DNA from: Mizuhopecten yessoensis
Taxonomy: Eukaryota
Direction: 5' to 3'
NCBI RefSeq assembly: GCF_002113885.1
Contig: NW_018408852.1
Span: 1,212,576 to 1,276,575, forward strand
Length of the DNA stretch: 64,000 bases
The notes under the pieces are model-generated. The model did no database searches. It had not been told where the DNA came from and worked only from the letters and a program-made list of their open reading frames with translations. The position numbers were made by a program, and so were the translations under genes. Position 1 is the stretch's first letter, and each line of letters begins with the position of its first letter. This document shows positions 1 to 13,640 of this stretch, in pieces.

Positions 1-140
1 ACTTGCTTGATGAGCACGGAAACCCTACTTTAACACTGTACGTATCGCTGGCTCTGTTAGTTGTTCCACCAAGACATTCACCAATACAAAATTAGATTAA
101 CTGGAATATGGATTTTAAACCACTCAAGAGATGATTGATT

Positions 141-346
141 AAACTAGAAATGCTTTTCCGCAAAAATATATCCCTTATCAGATATTTTTTCTCAATCTTT
201 CCCACCATAGTATTCTAAAAACAAAAACACAAAAATAATTCCTTAAAAACATACCAAACTGAAACCCTTTCGATTTTAAACTTGACCTAGAAATATGTAC
301 ACGGTAGATGTCATTAAAACACAGAATATTACCCCTACGGGGCACT
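141..346. mobile_element. Degenerate remnant of a HINE/pearl-like non-autonomous element
   Basis: Begins AACTAGAAATG, contains ACTTGACCTAG and ends in a small hairpin (ACCCCTACGGGG). The layout resembles the better-preserved element at 42328-42906. Confidence 0.3.
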
Positions 347-609
347 TTGTCTTATTAACGATGTTCTTTTGAAGAGTTACTTTTGTTCATATTTTATTCT
401 TTTTTCATCGGTTATAAGATCGAGTTGTATTCTTGTTTACACTTAAGTATTCGCTCGTTTTTTATTTGACAAAATGGCCGCTGTACACTGGCTTCTGATT
501 GGTCGAAATTTAGATATTATTCGATTTCACTCAAATGTAGCATGTAGGTGTTTTATGCCCAGTCTGAATATGCTCTGTTAATGACCCATTTATAAATGTA
601 TAATACATA

Positions 610-832
610 TAATGTATTATTATCTTTTCATATTATTCCCAAAAAGTGATTGGTCAGGAGTGCATCACTTGTCCACCGATAAAAACCGATATTGATTTGG
701 AGCGCGTGATTTTTGTTGAAGGACTTGGTGTTTCTAAAAATAGAATTATGACGTCCTCGGTCAATATATCTTTTCTCGGGTCGATAAATCCAGGAATCGA
801 CCTCAGCCAAAGGCTATAATTGTATAATATGA
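610..832. mobile_element. Partial palindromic (Crypton-like) non-autonomous element
   Basis: Contains the TGATTGG/TGACGTC motifs seen in the other palindromic elements of this window and the start of a palindrome arm; appears truncated. Confidence 0.3.
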
Positions 833-2000
833 AATCCTGCCATGCTTAGCGTAAATGGCCCTTTTTTAACTACGGTATACTATACCTGACACCAACGTTT
901 GCCAACAGGAAAAGTCAGCAAGAGACCAAAAGTGTAAACCTTTTCCATTTGTACGCACTATTTTCTACATCCATTTCATTGTAATCGTTATCGCCTGCCA
1001 GTATGAATGTGACGGCCATGATTCGGAACTAGTATAGGATATAGATAAAGTGACTGAGTCCAATGGTTTATTGGCAAAATTGTTTGTAAATCATCGGAAT
1101 AAAGCTTAGGATCTTAATCTTATAAAGTTAAATGTTCGCTAATTCGTTAAGTTAGCGACATCCTCAAGGTTACATTTGATTTCTGTAGAAACACCATGGT
1201 ACATTGTTCTTAAGCAACTTACACGGATGTCCTTAACAAAGTAAGAAGGGAACAAAACCAGGTATTCAGGAAAGGTAGGAGTACGAAACCACATTTTGGC
1301 CACATTTTCAGAAGATGCTGCAAGTAGAAAGTAGAAAAACATATGCAACTCATACATTGATGTTTTAATGAGTATGAATGCTTCTAATAACAAGTAAAAA
1401 GGTCGAAAATGCTTTAATAAATTTAAGATTACATCATTTTAATTTTATGCAAATTAACAGCAGATTTCCCTTGAATATTCTTAATTCTATTATTTTGCAT
1501 GTACATGTAAAGCAGCAACTTTTTGGCTAGTTATCAAAGGTTCGCTTCTTTGCACCAAGGAATGACTTGTGAACACCTGGGTTTTATATCATCATAAATG
1601 TTTAGAGCATGCATTTCTATTCTTAAATGCCGGTATGGTATATATAAACAAAAACAAAGGGATACCACTGCAACTGATAAAAAGCGAGTAATAGCTGGCC
1701 TTTCATACTAAAAACCTATATGTGTTTCACTCAATCAACGGTCATAAAGGCACGGAAAATTTAATTGGAAGCAGAATTACTGCCACATCTCAAAATAGTA
1801 TTATATTCTATTAATAAGGAACATGATGGTCTGTATAGATTTCTAATCAGATTATCATTTGCTGAAAATGATAAAACCTACTATTTCACAACATAACTGC
1901 AAGGATAATAAAATGCATATCTATAATGTAATTAACAGTTCAAACATGGGCTACATGTAAACAAAAATTACTACAACTTACCAATGTTTTTAACTAGATA

Positions 2001-2225
2001 CCGCGGTGACCAAATGGTTAAGGCGTCTGAAATTTTGCTACCACTAGCTCTCCACCACTGGGTCGCGGGTTTGAGACCAACGTGTGGCTGTCGCCAGGTA
2101 CTTGCTGTAGGTCGATGTTTTTCTCCGGAAGCTCCGGATTTCCTCCACCACCAAAACCTGGTTCGTCCTGAAATAACCATGGCTGTTAATAGGACGTAAC
2201 ACACAAACAAATCAAAACAAAACAA
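2001..2225 (+). mobile_element. tRNA-derived SINE with V-type central domain
   Basis: A-box-like TGACCAAATGG, B-box-like GGTTTGAGACC, central TTTTCTCCGGAAGCTCCGGATTTCCTCCACC similar to the V-SINE conserved domain, tail GCTGTTAATAGGACGTAA and a (CAAA)-rich end. Confidence 0.85.
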
Positions 2226-3860
2226 CTAGCGATGGACTTATAAATAGGAAGTTAAATGTCACACTCGGTAGCCCACATTTTTTAGATGTTGGAATTGTTT
2301 TATGTGTTGTTAACGATGTATCTTAGTCTGATAATTACTCATTTGCTTATATTATCGCAGTCATGTTGGTTTATGCTCTGACAAAATCAAATTCCGTATC
2401 TTGTAAAATGACAATGTACATATGCTGACCACTTATAAGAACATATAATGATTATAATGATCGTAGCATAATAATGACCGTACGTGAGTTGCAGCCTTGG
2501 GTTCATCTTTTAAGCTTAACTATATGTTAACATACTTCACACGTACCCCCCACCCCCACCCAAAAAAAACTTCTTCTGAAGCTATCCTACAGTGAACTTA
2601 GAAGTCCAGATAGTTATGTATGTATATGTAAAATTCGACATGACAGCTGGTTTAAAAATGCTAGGACCGTTATTTTGCTTTATACTTTGATTTCAAAAGC
2701 TATCTAATTTCTCATGCTGAAAGACACATTCGCGGGCGCTTTATGCGCAAATACGCCGATAGGTTTGTTAGTATATATCGGACACCATCTATTCCGTATA
2801 GCTTAAAAGAAAAGAAACATTTTTTTTTATGTTAATGCATAAATATACCAAAAACCACATTGCGATCAGAAGTGAAAGGTAATTCCGGCATTAAACGTCA
2901 TGACTTCTGCTGTTTGACGTATACGATATAATCTTTTAAATCGGAGGAGTAGTAACAAAGTATGTTATATGAATAGTGAAACCGTGTTTGTTTAAATTGG
3001 AAAACTAAATAAAATTCGTCACGTGAGAATGCGTGAATTCTCGTTTGTACGTTTGTTTGGTTTAGGTTTCGCCATTATTACCTGCTCTCTGTTGATTTTT
3101 CCCTACAAGTATCTACAGTCCGTCTTGAAATATATGGCCGCCGGCTTCCGATAATGCTGTGTACTCTTTGTATGGTAACGAACCGAAAATAGTGTATGAA
3201 ATGAAATCGTATCTTACAGCTCAACTATTTCCGGGTCTATACGCGAGATAATTGTGCGTCAATCGTCACCGTTGGATGATGAAATTTACATGGCTGACCA
3301 GAGGTCATCGTAGACACAGGAGGTGTACTTCTGTACAGTAACCTGAATGTTGAGGACAGTTGAAAAGGGCAAAACGGCATCAGACTACAGTATACTACAT
3401 GTACGTTCTTCATGTATTGTACGAGATAATAAATTCAGATATATGCTACAAAGATCATCAAGGATCTGCTCGGGGAATTCATAGTTGAAAGAAAGTAGAT
3501 GCTTAACTAAATTGGTGGAAGACAGTCTGATAAAAGAACGAAGAATGAATCGGGATTATTTTACAACAAATCAATATGGGCGAAAAATACGTGTTGATTT
3601 TGTTTATTATCTTTTTCTAAAAAAAAGCTCCCCTTCCATGATCACATTATTTTAATTTTCGGTGTACATAAACACTGTATGAAGGAATCGATTCATCTTC
3701 GTATGAGCAGTGCTTACATTGGCTTTGGTGTAACGGGCGGAAAACGTTATGTCTCGCCGCTAATTTCCACGCTTGTTATCCAATTAGGAGACCAAACTTG
3801 TCCGTCAATGTTTTTATAATATTATCTTGATCAATCGCCGGTCGGAGCTGTCATGTCTCA

Positions 3861-4255
3861 TAACCGGAAGTAATCGACCGAGCATGGGCAGTATGGAACA
3901 ATATTGGGAAGAAAACGCATCGTTCTGATATGTATCTGACGTAATCGACTGTGCATAGGCAATATGGAATACTGCTGGAGGAAATATTATAGTTCTTATA
4001 AGTTATTAATAATAAAGCTATTTCACTAAGCAAGCAAACCCAGCTACTCTCGTGTTCTTAAAACACAAGTATTTGACTAAGAAATGGCAGTATATGTGTT
4101 TATTAAACTCGGTGCTCTTGTATTGTAATGTTAACGGAAGTAGCGGACTGCGCAGGGACAAAATTGCACACTGTCTGGACTAAAGAAATTAGCTTTCATG
4201 TTAAGTTTTAATAGAAGTAATTGACTGAACGTAGGCAGTATGACAACACTGTCGG
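3861..4255. repeat. Five degenerate copies of a ~35-45 bp motif with unequal spacers
   Basis: Consensus approx. GAAGTAATCGACTGNGCATRGGCAGTATGGAACACTG at ~3867, 3938, 4067, 4137 and 4214. Confidence 0.65.
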
Positions 4256-5460
4256 TTCCGGTCTGCCCGAACGAGGCTCATTTATTCAACTTTTAGTTTA
4301 GCGTGTGTTGCCTAGTCCAAACACGCCGTAGTGATAATCTAGTTGTGTAGTAGATGCCGTACGTAAATTACTAGGAGCGCATCCTATATAGGATAAGGTA
4401 TATGTTTTGTATATCCTCAAAATGATGCGCGAAAGACCTGTAACATTTGTTGAGATAAGCTGCTATTCATTCGTGACTTGTCAACCCCTCACTCAAATTT
4501 TTAATTGATATTGAAGAACTCACTCATGTATTGCCGCAGATACATTTATTGTGGGTTTTTTTCTTCTTTTGTACGTAATAGAATGTGTAAAATGTGTTGC
4601 TGTAATAACCCAGCAATTGCTATCAGCAAAAGAAATGCCAGAGACAAATAACTTATGCTCCGTCACTTGACAGTCTTCACAAACGTATACACCATCTACT
4701 GCTCGTATTGAAATATACCAAATGGATTATGTGGTTTATGTAAACACTATCGGCAAAATCAAAAACAAAATGCTCGAGATTGTATAATAGAAAAAAAATA
4801 AAGAAGTTTGCTATCAACCTTTGGGGGCTTTAGGATATACCATTAAAACAAATTGAACTGGAATAAGCAATATCTTTATAAAAAAAAAAATTCAATTGGA
4901 AGCATATCAAACGCTTTTTTAAGGATCCCTGCTTTTCTCTCTCTAGACTAATTGAAGAAATCCTGTCTTTAAGAAAAGCAATATTGATATGATACACTCC
5001 ATTGACAGTTTGAGGCGGTTAATATGCAATAACCATTGTAATTGATTGAAATGAACCCTGGCCATTGGTCAACTGGTCAAATAGGCACGACCATGGACGG
5101 TGAATTCCGTCGGTAAAGTTATTTTTAAACCTTACTTTATTACTGCACTTATGGGGATAGAAATGGTCTCGTTGAATAGCGTACGAGGCACTATATATGT
5201 CCTAGATTATTCCTGAAAAATAGTATCCCGAACCCAATGCTATCTATATAATATAAAGTTGGGCTGGTCTACGAACCAATCCCGGTTCCCGTAAAAATCT
5301 GAAAAGCACACTTGTAAAATACTTTGCAAAAAACGCAAATTCTACATGGAACTCACATCGCAGTGAATATCTGGATGCCTATAACGGTAAAAAAGATATA
5401 ATCGAATCGGACAATCAGTTACATGATGCCATTATACTGTAATAGCTACAACAAACATAC

Positions 5461-5749
5461 CTCACTCGACCGTCTCATTCTTCCAATTGGTAAGCAAAGA
5501 GTGCATACACATGTAACCTCAGTTACAGCAAACGAGTAGATCAGGAAGGAACCAATAGAGTTATCAGGGTTTGGGAAGGGGACTCGATCGTTTGGTCCTT
5601 CCTTTGTTACAAAAGAGTACTCGTTTTTCGGAATCGCTTTAATGGAGAATTGCAGAAATGTCTCACTGGTTGGAGAAGCAGTGATGTTTCTAACTAAAAA
5701 GGTGGGTTTCCGGGATTGGAAAAGAAGGATGGTGACGCTTGTTGTACAG
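5461..5749 (-). other. Candidate exon (5'UTR or coding) of a minus-strand gene
   Basis: Donor GAG|GTATGT at 5461/5460, T-rich tract plus AAG acceptor at 5750-5775, GC above background, one frame open throughout (ends ...IGRMRRSSE). No recognisable protein. Confidence 0.3.
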
Positions 5750-8168
5750 CTTAACCAAAAACAAAACAGAAACTCAATCATTCACACCACACGATTTCAT
5801 CTTCTCTTTTTTATTTTGAAATGTGTTTTTCGTTTTTGTTTTTGTTTTGTTTAACATGTTAAAAAATAGTTTACAACCATATATGTATATCACCGTTCCC
5901 ATGTTTATGTTTGCCCTCCACCATCACTTATAACGGTGATTCGTTTGTTGATGTCGGAACCGTGTAGAAATATTACTTACTACAAATAAACCTGAAAATG
6001 ACACATGATTATAGCAAATGCGTTCAAATAAATATTTGACTTTTCATAGTAATTACAGTTAGATTACATGATAAGTAATTTTTGCAGCATCTATCTAACT
6101 GTAACATAGTAAAACCTGGAGGACAATTCAGTATAGAGCTTTAAAATGATATAAATCATACAAAAAAATCGTTTATTTTGTTTCAAAAAGAAATTCTCGG
6201 AACTTGATTTTTTTATTTCGTTTTCCAATCGAAGCCTGCACATATAACGGTAACTGTGTATAGGTACACGTGAAAATTTTGTTGGTTTTGCAACAAATGT
6301 GCTACATGTATGTGTAGCACATAAAACCTATAGAGATTATAATTCATTTTTAAACTCAATTAGTGTTAGACTTTGTTTCAGATATATTTTTATAATGTTT
6401 CCGGCTTTAAGCCTCTTCAATGTGATTTCAAATCATAAACAAAATAAGATATTTTTTTAACTTATAACGGAAACACAAAATTCGGCTTGAGCACAAAAGA
6501 CATGTTTAAGCACAAGAGCGGTGTCATGAAAAAGGGCCCTGAAATACCTTGTTCCACGCGAATACAAACGTCATATACAATTTGTTGATGTCAGTCTCTC
6601 ATTTTGAGAAATAGCCGACTGTTTAAAACGTACCGACACCTAAGTTCGCTGTCATGCTCAAGAACAAGGAAGTCCGGCATCTGAATCTGCATGTCCAATT
6701 ACCTTAAACCTGTCAGAACGTAAATATGTATGTCCGAAATAGGAGACAATCATCCGTGTTATACAACAACAGCGACAGCGTCGTTAAACAACAATGCAAG
6801 GGTAGTTATTTGGTCATGCAAACAGGATGCAATGCCTTGACAACGTTTGTTACAAAAATACTGATTAACGCGGCCTTTGCAACCGAAACAAAAGCTGAGC
6901 AATCTTGTTTTCGGCGATTGATTTAATGTACGCATGTCATTGGTGTTGTTTCCCATTTACCTTATACGTGATGAATTGGGTTGTTTTTTTGTTGGATTGT
7001 TGTTGTCGTTTTTAACACGAATATATTCAAAATGCCGTGTTACTAAAAAATTCTCAAAAACGTCAATCAGGTGATATACCCAAATTGCTTTGTTATTCGG
7101 ATGGTGAACTTTTGGTAAAGATTTTTTTACAACTTGAAAAACAAATTGTTTAACACTGCGAAAACGTTGTCCTGCGATGTGAAGACAACTGATTGTAATG
7201 GCGAATACACATATAGACATGACGTTACTATATTGTTATAATCGCATATGGTATAGATATAATAGTATAGACAAAATAAAAGCACTGTAAGTACGAAAGA
7301 AAACATAGTTTACGGTTTTTTTTGTGATTTTCGTCGCTCGTACATAATTGGGAATTTCTTAAGTAGAGTTTCTTAACTATAATGATTCATGCATAAGGTA
7401 TAGCAGCTGCTTTTATAATCAGATTTGGGTGTCTATAAAGGGGTCTTTTCTCTCCAATTGATAATATAAGGGATGTGAAAACAAACTCCAGAGAGAATAA
7501 AGAGCTCTACAAAGACGTTTGCTATTATTTACAAGGAAGCATAAGCACAAGAGATTACATGAATACACACAAGCAAGCAAACATAAAAAACGTAAACGTA
7601 ATCACTCGAGGAGGACATTTTTTCAAACGTTAGCACTAGTTCAGGCCACATTTATATTCTCTATATAGGAACAAGCTAGCCAGAAGTAGATAGAAAAACC
7701 GGAATCCATTGATATGGAATTGCCGCTAAACTATTCTGCAATGAATATTTTTTAGAATAAGAAATTCATCTGTTTTGGTAAACTGTTTGCCAACAAGATT
7801 TGATGTAACATGTAATAACTTGTCTTACTTCCTCCATTGTTATCTAAGGTTTGCTAAATCGATATCATTCGATACCAATTTATGATTTCGTTATGAAACA
7901 ACCATAAACTGACTGTGTTCAGTGCACACACATGTATCGTGTAATATGGTTGACATAAGGTCAGCCAGTATAGGAACATCCAGTGATCGATAGCTATGGA
8001 TAGTAGAAAATACACTATTCTCTATAAATCATGAAAATTGAGTGTTTTTCTTTATTAACTTTATTATAGTTATTATCTTTTTGTTAAGCCTTCTAAGAAT
8101 CTCCACATTTATTCAATTATCTCATAAACTTTGCAGTCAACTTATGCAGTGAATCATAATATCATATC

Positions 8169-8283
8169 TACGAAAGCCTATGAGTGTCATTTTGAAAAGC
8201 GATTTTTTTAATCTCTTTATAACGCGATAACTATCTCGTTATATTTGTTTCGCTTTTCAAAATGACACTCATAGGCTTTCGTA
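8169..8283. mobile_element. 115-bp MITE, IS3EU-like
   Basis: 34-bp perfect TIRs (TACGAAAGCCTATGAGTGTCATTTTGAAAAGCGA), 6-bp flanking duplication CATATC (8163-8168 and 8284-8289), TAC...GTA termini. Confidence 0.85.
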
Positions 8284-9633
8284 CATATCAGCATGTTATG
8301 GAAAGCTGCATTTTTTATTTTATCGAGTATCATTTTCCAAAGTGAACAAATGCGTAATTAAAACAATTAAGGGAATAAATTTCGTATTAAAGTTTTCTTG
8401 GTAAAGCGCCTTAAAATGTCACCTTTTATTATAATTTCTATATACACTTTAAGCCATTTAATAGGCATTCATCAGTGTCAATATCGCTAATAAGATTACC
8501 TCAAAAACGTGTGTAAGAGTTATTCCCCCGAATTCATGTTTTAGGTTAAACCTATTTAACATGTTCACTTCAAGGGCTCATCAGATTGATGAGCAGTATT
8601 ATCAAGTTTAACTTTGGGTTCAAATAAGCGGAATTTAATTAAATAATTGATTTATTCAATAATCTTCGAGGATTGCGATCTTCTTTTAATTTCAGAACAA
8701 AAAAATACCTCTAGAGACTTAGTAAACTGTTAACATGGTTGTATTCAAATGTGAAATTAGTTGAACATGTTTATCACAATGAACAGTAGAATTGGTTATT
8801 CCTGGTAATTACTGATGAATACGCTACGCAAGGATATAACTGTACACTAGACTATAATAGCATTGTTATACGTCGGACAATGGAAAACGTACAACAATGG
8901 TTATCACTGTATAAAAAATTATACTTGAATTTTCATGTGAACAAAATTTATACATTTTATCAATGTTTTATAGCTTATAGATGTTTGTTACAGTGAACAT
9001 TGGATCGCGTTAACATGGTATAGATTGTTCATGGTCACTCCTTGTAATACATGTATACCATACCCATTTTTGTACTGTGAAATACGACATGCATGCTTAT
9101 TATCACGAGATATGTTATTGTTAGTTGTAACTGTTGAATATTTTTGAACAGGGTGGTTGTTGTATAATATGTTATAACTTGATGTTACTGTGGACTAGGT
9201 TCTAAATGCTTTATACAATGGAATACGTTATAGATAATTCGACAATAGAAACCGGAATTGATACCACTTAAAACAAAAGACCGCATATTATTTATATCGA
9301 TTCCGTGACTGATCGAAACAACTATCACATATTCATATAAAGCAAATAAATGTTGCCACATAGTGAAATACTTGTAAAAAATATCGATTGTATTGAATAA
9401 TGTCATTACATTGTAGACGAAAAACAAATATACTCTCGAAACATTTTGGGACACATAAGTAAGACACCATTTTAATATATTTTGAATTTTTACAAATTAA
9501 AACAAAACATCTTTGTAAATTGGTCAAATGCATAAATCATAGTGAAGGTTTTCTGTTTAATCAATATTGATACACTGATCGTGTTCTTGCTGTGACGCTT
9601 TACCTGTATACTAAAGAAAGTTACTTCCTTCCA

Positions 9634-9806
9634 AGTCCGTCTTTTCGTATTGCAGAGTTATCTGCTATTGTGAGCAGGTATTGATTGTTACGTCATTTGT
9701 TTGTGAGAGTAACGTCATCAATTTTTGAGAAAACACAAACCAATGACGTTACAATCAATACCTGCTCACAAGAGAAGATAACTCTGCAATACGCAAAGAC
9801 GGAATA
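9634..9806. mobile_element. Foldback MITE, copy 1
   Basis: ~70-bp imperfect TIRs (TCCGTCTTTtCGTATTGCAGAGTTATC ... GATAACTCTGCAATACGCAAAGACGGAATA); a second copy lies at 26105-26291. Confidence 0.9.
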
Positions 9807-10779
9807 CAATTAAGCTGGTTTATGAGAAAAGGGACGAATGAACTCTGTAGAATAGCTGAATACACGGAAATGCTTCATTGTTGGGTTATATTTTTGAGAA
9901 AAACAATTTTGTGTTAATTCATAAAAATGTTTTTAATTTTTGAACGACGAATAGTTGAGTAATTTGTGAAACGTTGCGTTCATATAAATGGGTAATTATC
10001 ATGTTATTTTAATTGTAGGAATTGATTTCCTCAATCGGAATGTTATCCCTTCCTTGTTTTCTCTTTTAGATAATGATTGCTAGTTTTATTTGTTGGTTGA
10101 TAATTGGCCATTGATAGAAATTCAAACGGTACTCTGTCAGGCTAAGTTTACATAAAAATATGAACTAAAATACAGCTTAATTTAAGGACTTGATGATGAC
10201 ATGGTAGTCCTTTATAAACATCAAGGATGTGTCTGCAAATCATGTGTAAATGCTTATCTTCTTATACGAATACTTAAGGTTCTATTGTAAACACAAGCAA
10301 AGCCAAATTTAAATTTTCTAGAAATCCGTGAGTACAGATGTACTAACTTTTTTTTAAACTTCAATGAATTTAGCCACTTGTATATTGATGAACTTTTGAC
10401 AAAATATTGGAAAATTTGAATTAAAAACCACAGCAGGAAAGCGCAGACAAAAACCCTCCCTAGTTATTTATACTTGTAAGAATAATTATCATTGTAACGA
10501 AGGATTTTGTTTGATGTTTTTGATACCAGTAAATATATGAAAATATTTGTAGTTCCATTGAAGCAGATATTGGCTGCTATTCGCAAGCTTGAAAATACAA
10601 GGATTTATTTTTCATTTTTTATAAACAATGCGTCATATCTGTGACAAAAACAGTAAAACCAACGTCCTATTTATTGCTCCGGTCATTCAAGGGGGCATTA
10701 CAATGTACACATGCATATATGTGCATGGTTGCTTGAGGCTATATGTTGGTTTATTTGCCTCGGAGCGATTGCACGGATC

Positions 10780-10903
10780 TGACTTAAAGAGTGTTACTTC
10801 ACTGAAATAATTATGCCGAAGGCACCCGGCATAGCATTCCACCCGGTCACATTATAGTGACAACATGTTACCAAATTTTTGCCAATATTCGAAATGCTGA
10901 ACG
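10780..10903 (-). mobile_element. SINE fragment (Meta-type domain)
   Basis: Reverse complement reads GTCACTATAATGTGACCGGGTGGAATGC...GGCATAATTATTTCAGTGAAGTAACACT, related to 14420-14480 and 60570-60690. Confidence 0.55.
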
Positions 10904-12229
10904 TTACTCTGTCAGGCAAAGTATACATAAAAATATGAACTAATCAAGACAGCTATACAGCGTAAAACTAGTCTGACGCTCAATTTAAAGATTCCTGTGA
11001 AAATATGTCTGTGCCTGCCTGTACAGCAGAATAGAGAAACGTTATAAGAATCCTAATTCCCGAATGTGTTTTGCGTATACTGCATTCACAGCAAAATTGC
11101 CAAAACAGACTTTGTTTTGTAACATTTAAACGATGACAATGGTATGAGTGCAACCTAATATAATTCAAACATTGATGCTAGTGAAGTTCGTTCACGTAAA
11201 GAAATGAAACAGAAGAAAAAAAAACTGAAATTTATTTCCTGCGCGGATAACGACGGAAGAACTTCAAAAGGATTCCTAGCCAAAGGACAGAGTTTTATGT
11301 TGACTAAAATATCTTAAATATCAACAAGCACATGCTTTAAGAGGTATATCTTGTGCATCAAAGGCCGTTTATGTCATAAAAGAAATCAACAAAAGCTTTC
11401 GCGTTTAATTAATATGTTAAATTCACATCTTTCACGCCTAGAGCGCAGACACATTAAACTCCCTTACGGGCAAATTCAAATGGATTAATTTTAAGAATGA
11501 GGTTCTTTATCGTACCAATTTATAGTTAATTTCAGCAGTTTTCCTAGTGTTCAATTATCAGTAATCACTTCAACAGCGATTAACAACATCTATTCACTGG
11601 CAAACAATTATTTTCTGACAGAAGCCTTTATTTTAGGAGTCCTTATTCATGTTATCATACGATGTTAGATTATGCAATATCTAACGGCGAAATAAACATA
11701 TATATATTAATTGTATATCAATTCCGCGGATTAATGCCTTCCAGGATAAGATTACTGAAATCTTCGTAGGCTTTATCAGTAAATATATAACATTATTACA
11801 TGTATAAATGTATTGTCTAGCGATACCTTAATTGGTGTATGTCTGTACGATTCCTTCCATCATATGAAACTACAGTTTATGTATATATCTAAGTTATCTG
11901 TAATTGTTGTTTAAAATGAATTGCATATAAGTTTACTAATGCACATGTTGCTGTCAAACTGACTATCCGTTGGAAAGCAGGACCCTTTTGACCAGATCCG
12001 ACATATTTCCGATTTAATATTGACCTGTATAATGAGATGGTCCGACACTATCCTCATTACCAGAACGAGTCTATGTGTGTGTCCGTACCACGCACAGGTT
12101 CTCATTTCATCGAAATGGTAAATTGCTAGCAGCATATCAATAAGTGCATAGCCAACAGAAATTAAATACTAACAATTTTACACACATACAGTAAATAACA
12201 TTTACAAATATCTATTTAACACTAGCAAT

Positions 12230-12740
12230 CACATCGTTAAATGTACCACTTACACGAACTAATTACCACTCACACACACATTACACTTACAAACATATCG
12301 TAACATGTACCACTTACACGACCTAATTACCACTCGAACACACATTACACTTACAAACATATCGTAACATGTACCACTTACACGACCTAATTACCACTCC
12401 CACACACATAACACTTACAAACATATCGTTACATGTACCACTTACACGACCCAATTACCACTCACTCACACATTACACTTACAAACATATCGTCACATGT
12501 ACCACTTACACGACCTAATTACCACTCACACACACATTACACGTACAAATATATCGTAAGATTTACCATTTACACGACCTAATTACCACTCACACACACA
12601 TAACACTTACAAACATATCGTTACATGTACCACTTACACGACCTAATTACCACTCACACACACATTACACTTACAAACATATCGTAAGATGTACCACTTA
12701 CACGACCTAATTATCACTCACTCACATATTACACTTTAAC
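12230..12740. repeat. Minisatellite, 64-bp unit, ~8 copies
   Basis: CATATCG (or a one-base variant) recurs at 12294, 12358, 12422, 12486, 12550, 12614 and 12678. Unit CATATCGTAACATGTACCACTTACACGACCTAATTACCACTCACACACACATTACACTTACAAA. Confidence 0.97.
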
Positions 12741-12859
12741 ACTTAAATGCGCATTTAACACTTAAAAGCACTCAACTGCCACTTACACACACACAACAAA
12801 CATAGTTAACACTTACCCGTGCCCGACACTTCAAAACATAACATAAAACTACATTTACA

Positions 12860-13640
12860 GGTTGTAGAATTCAATCAAACTATGTGCATTCGTATTGGAA
12901 CAAAGTGTGCCCCTATTTATAAAGACATCTCATTGTTTTCATTGAAAGTGAAATTATTGAAGATCTCATTAGGACTTGCGAGTCCTTCAATTTTACTTTC
13001 AGATAGATATATCGACACTGTGTTATCATTAATAAACAAAAACAAAACAAAAAACACTTTCATTGCATGTCCCCGTCCTGAACCTGAAATCAAGGGCGCT
13101 ATAGACGCTTCTGCACATCAGCAGCCTTTCCTCAATCTCTACTTACCATATGAACAACAGGGACGGTTTACTACTAAACTGAATAATAAGTGTGAGGGTT
13201 TCAATTTTCCTATCGCAAACTTCCCTTTCTTGATAGCAACATCCCTGCTTCCTTCATCTACCGCGCAAGTATATCGCCGTTTATTTGGTATTCAAGACCT
13301 TATGTCATGTATTATGATTTGACTTGATAGATTTGACAACTGACAGAATAACTTACAACCCAGGTTTTTGTTAAATACGCAAGGGTGATTAAGATTATAT
13401 CTGGACATTTGTTATTTTTTTGTGTGAGATATATTAGTCGATATTTTCAATGTTATTGTAATATTGTTACGTAACATAATTTGATTTTTTTTACCGCAGT
13501 TCATACTTTGAGGACTTTGCATCACTAAGATTTCACCTAGATTTACCTGACAGGTGTCGCCAATGAATGTCCTGGAACGCCTGCTCCTATTCGCCTTGTT
13601 TTCTTTCAAGTGATCCCATGTCAGTCTTTCTTTTATTCAA
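12860..13640 (+). mobile_element. Decayed Penelope-like retroelement: C-terminal RT region plus 3' flank
   Basis: The ORF reads FNQTMCIRIGTKCAP...RYIDTVLSL...PEPEIK...FLNLYL...GRFTTKLNNKCEGFNFPIANFPFL, then SNIP after a frameshift. This matches the Penelope-like RT pattern QxxGIPMGTNCAP...RYIDDVLSL...PxELEIK...YLDL...LYDKRDDFNFxIVNFPFLxSNIP. The catalytic YIDD is mutated to YIDT. Confidence 0.88.

Noticed and set aside
1971-2225. ORFs on both strands, or a tRNA gene
   Set aside because: Coincide with a SINE; the head has A/B boxes but no complete cloverleaf and runs into the SINE body.
3861-4255. CRISPR-like repeat-spacer array
   Set aside because: Repeats are too divergent, spacer lengths are irregular and there are no cas genes; kept only as a motif cluster.
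12819-13322. Functional reverse transcriptase gene
   Set aside because: Only the C-terminal part is present, YIDD is changed to YIDT and there is a frameshift.
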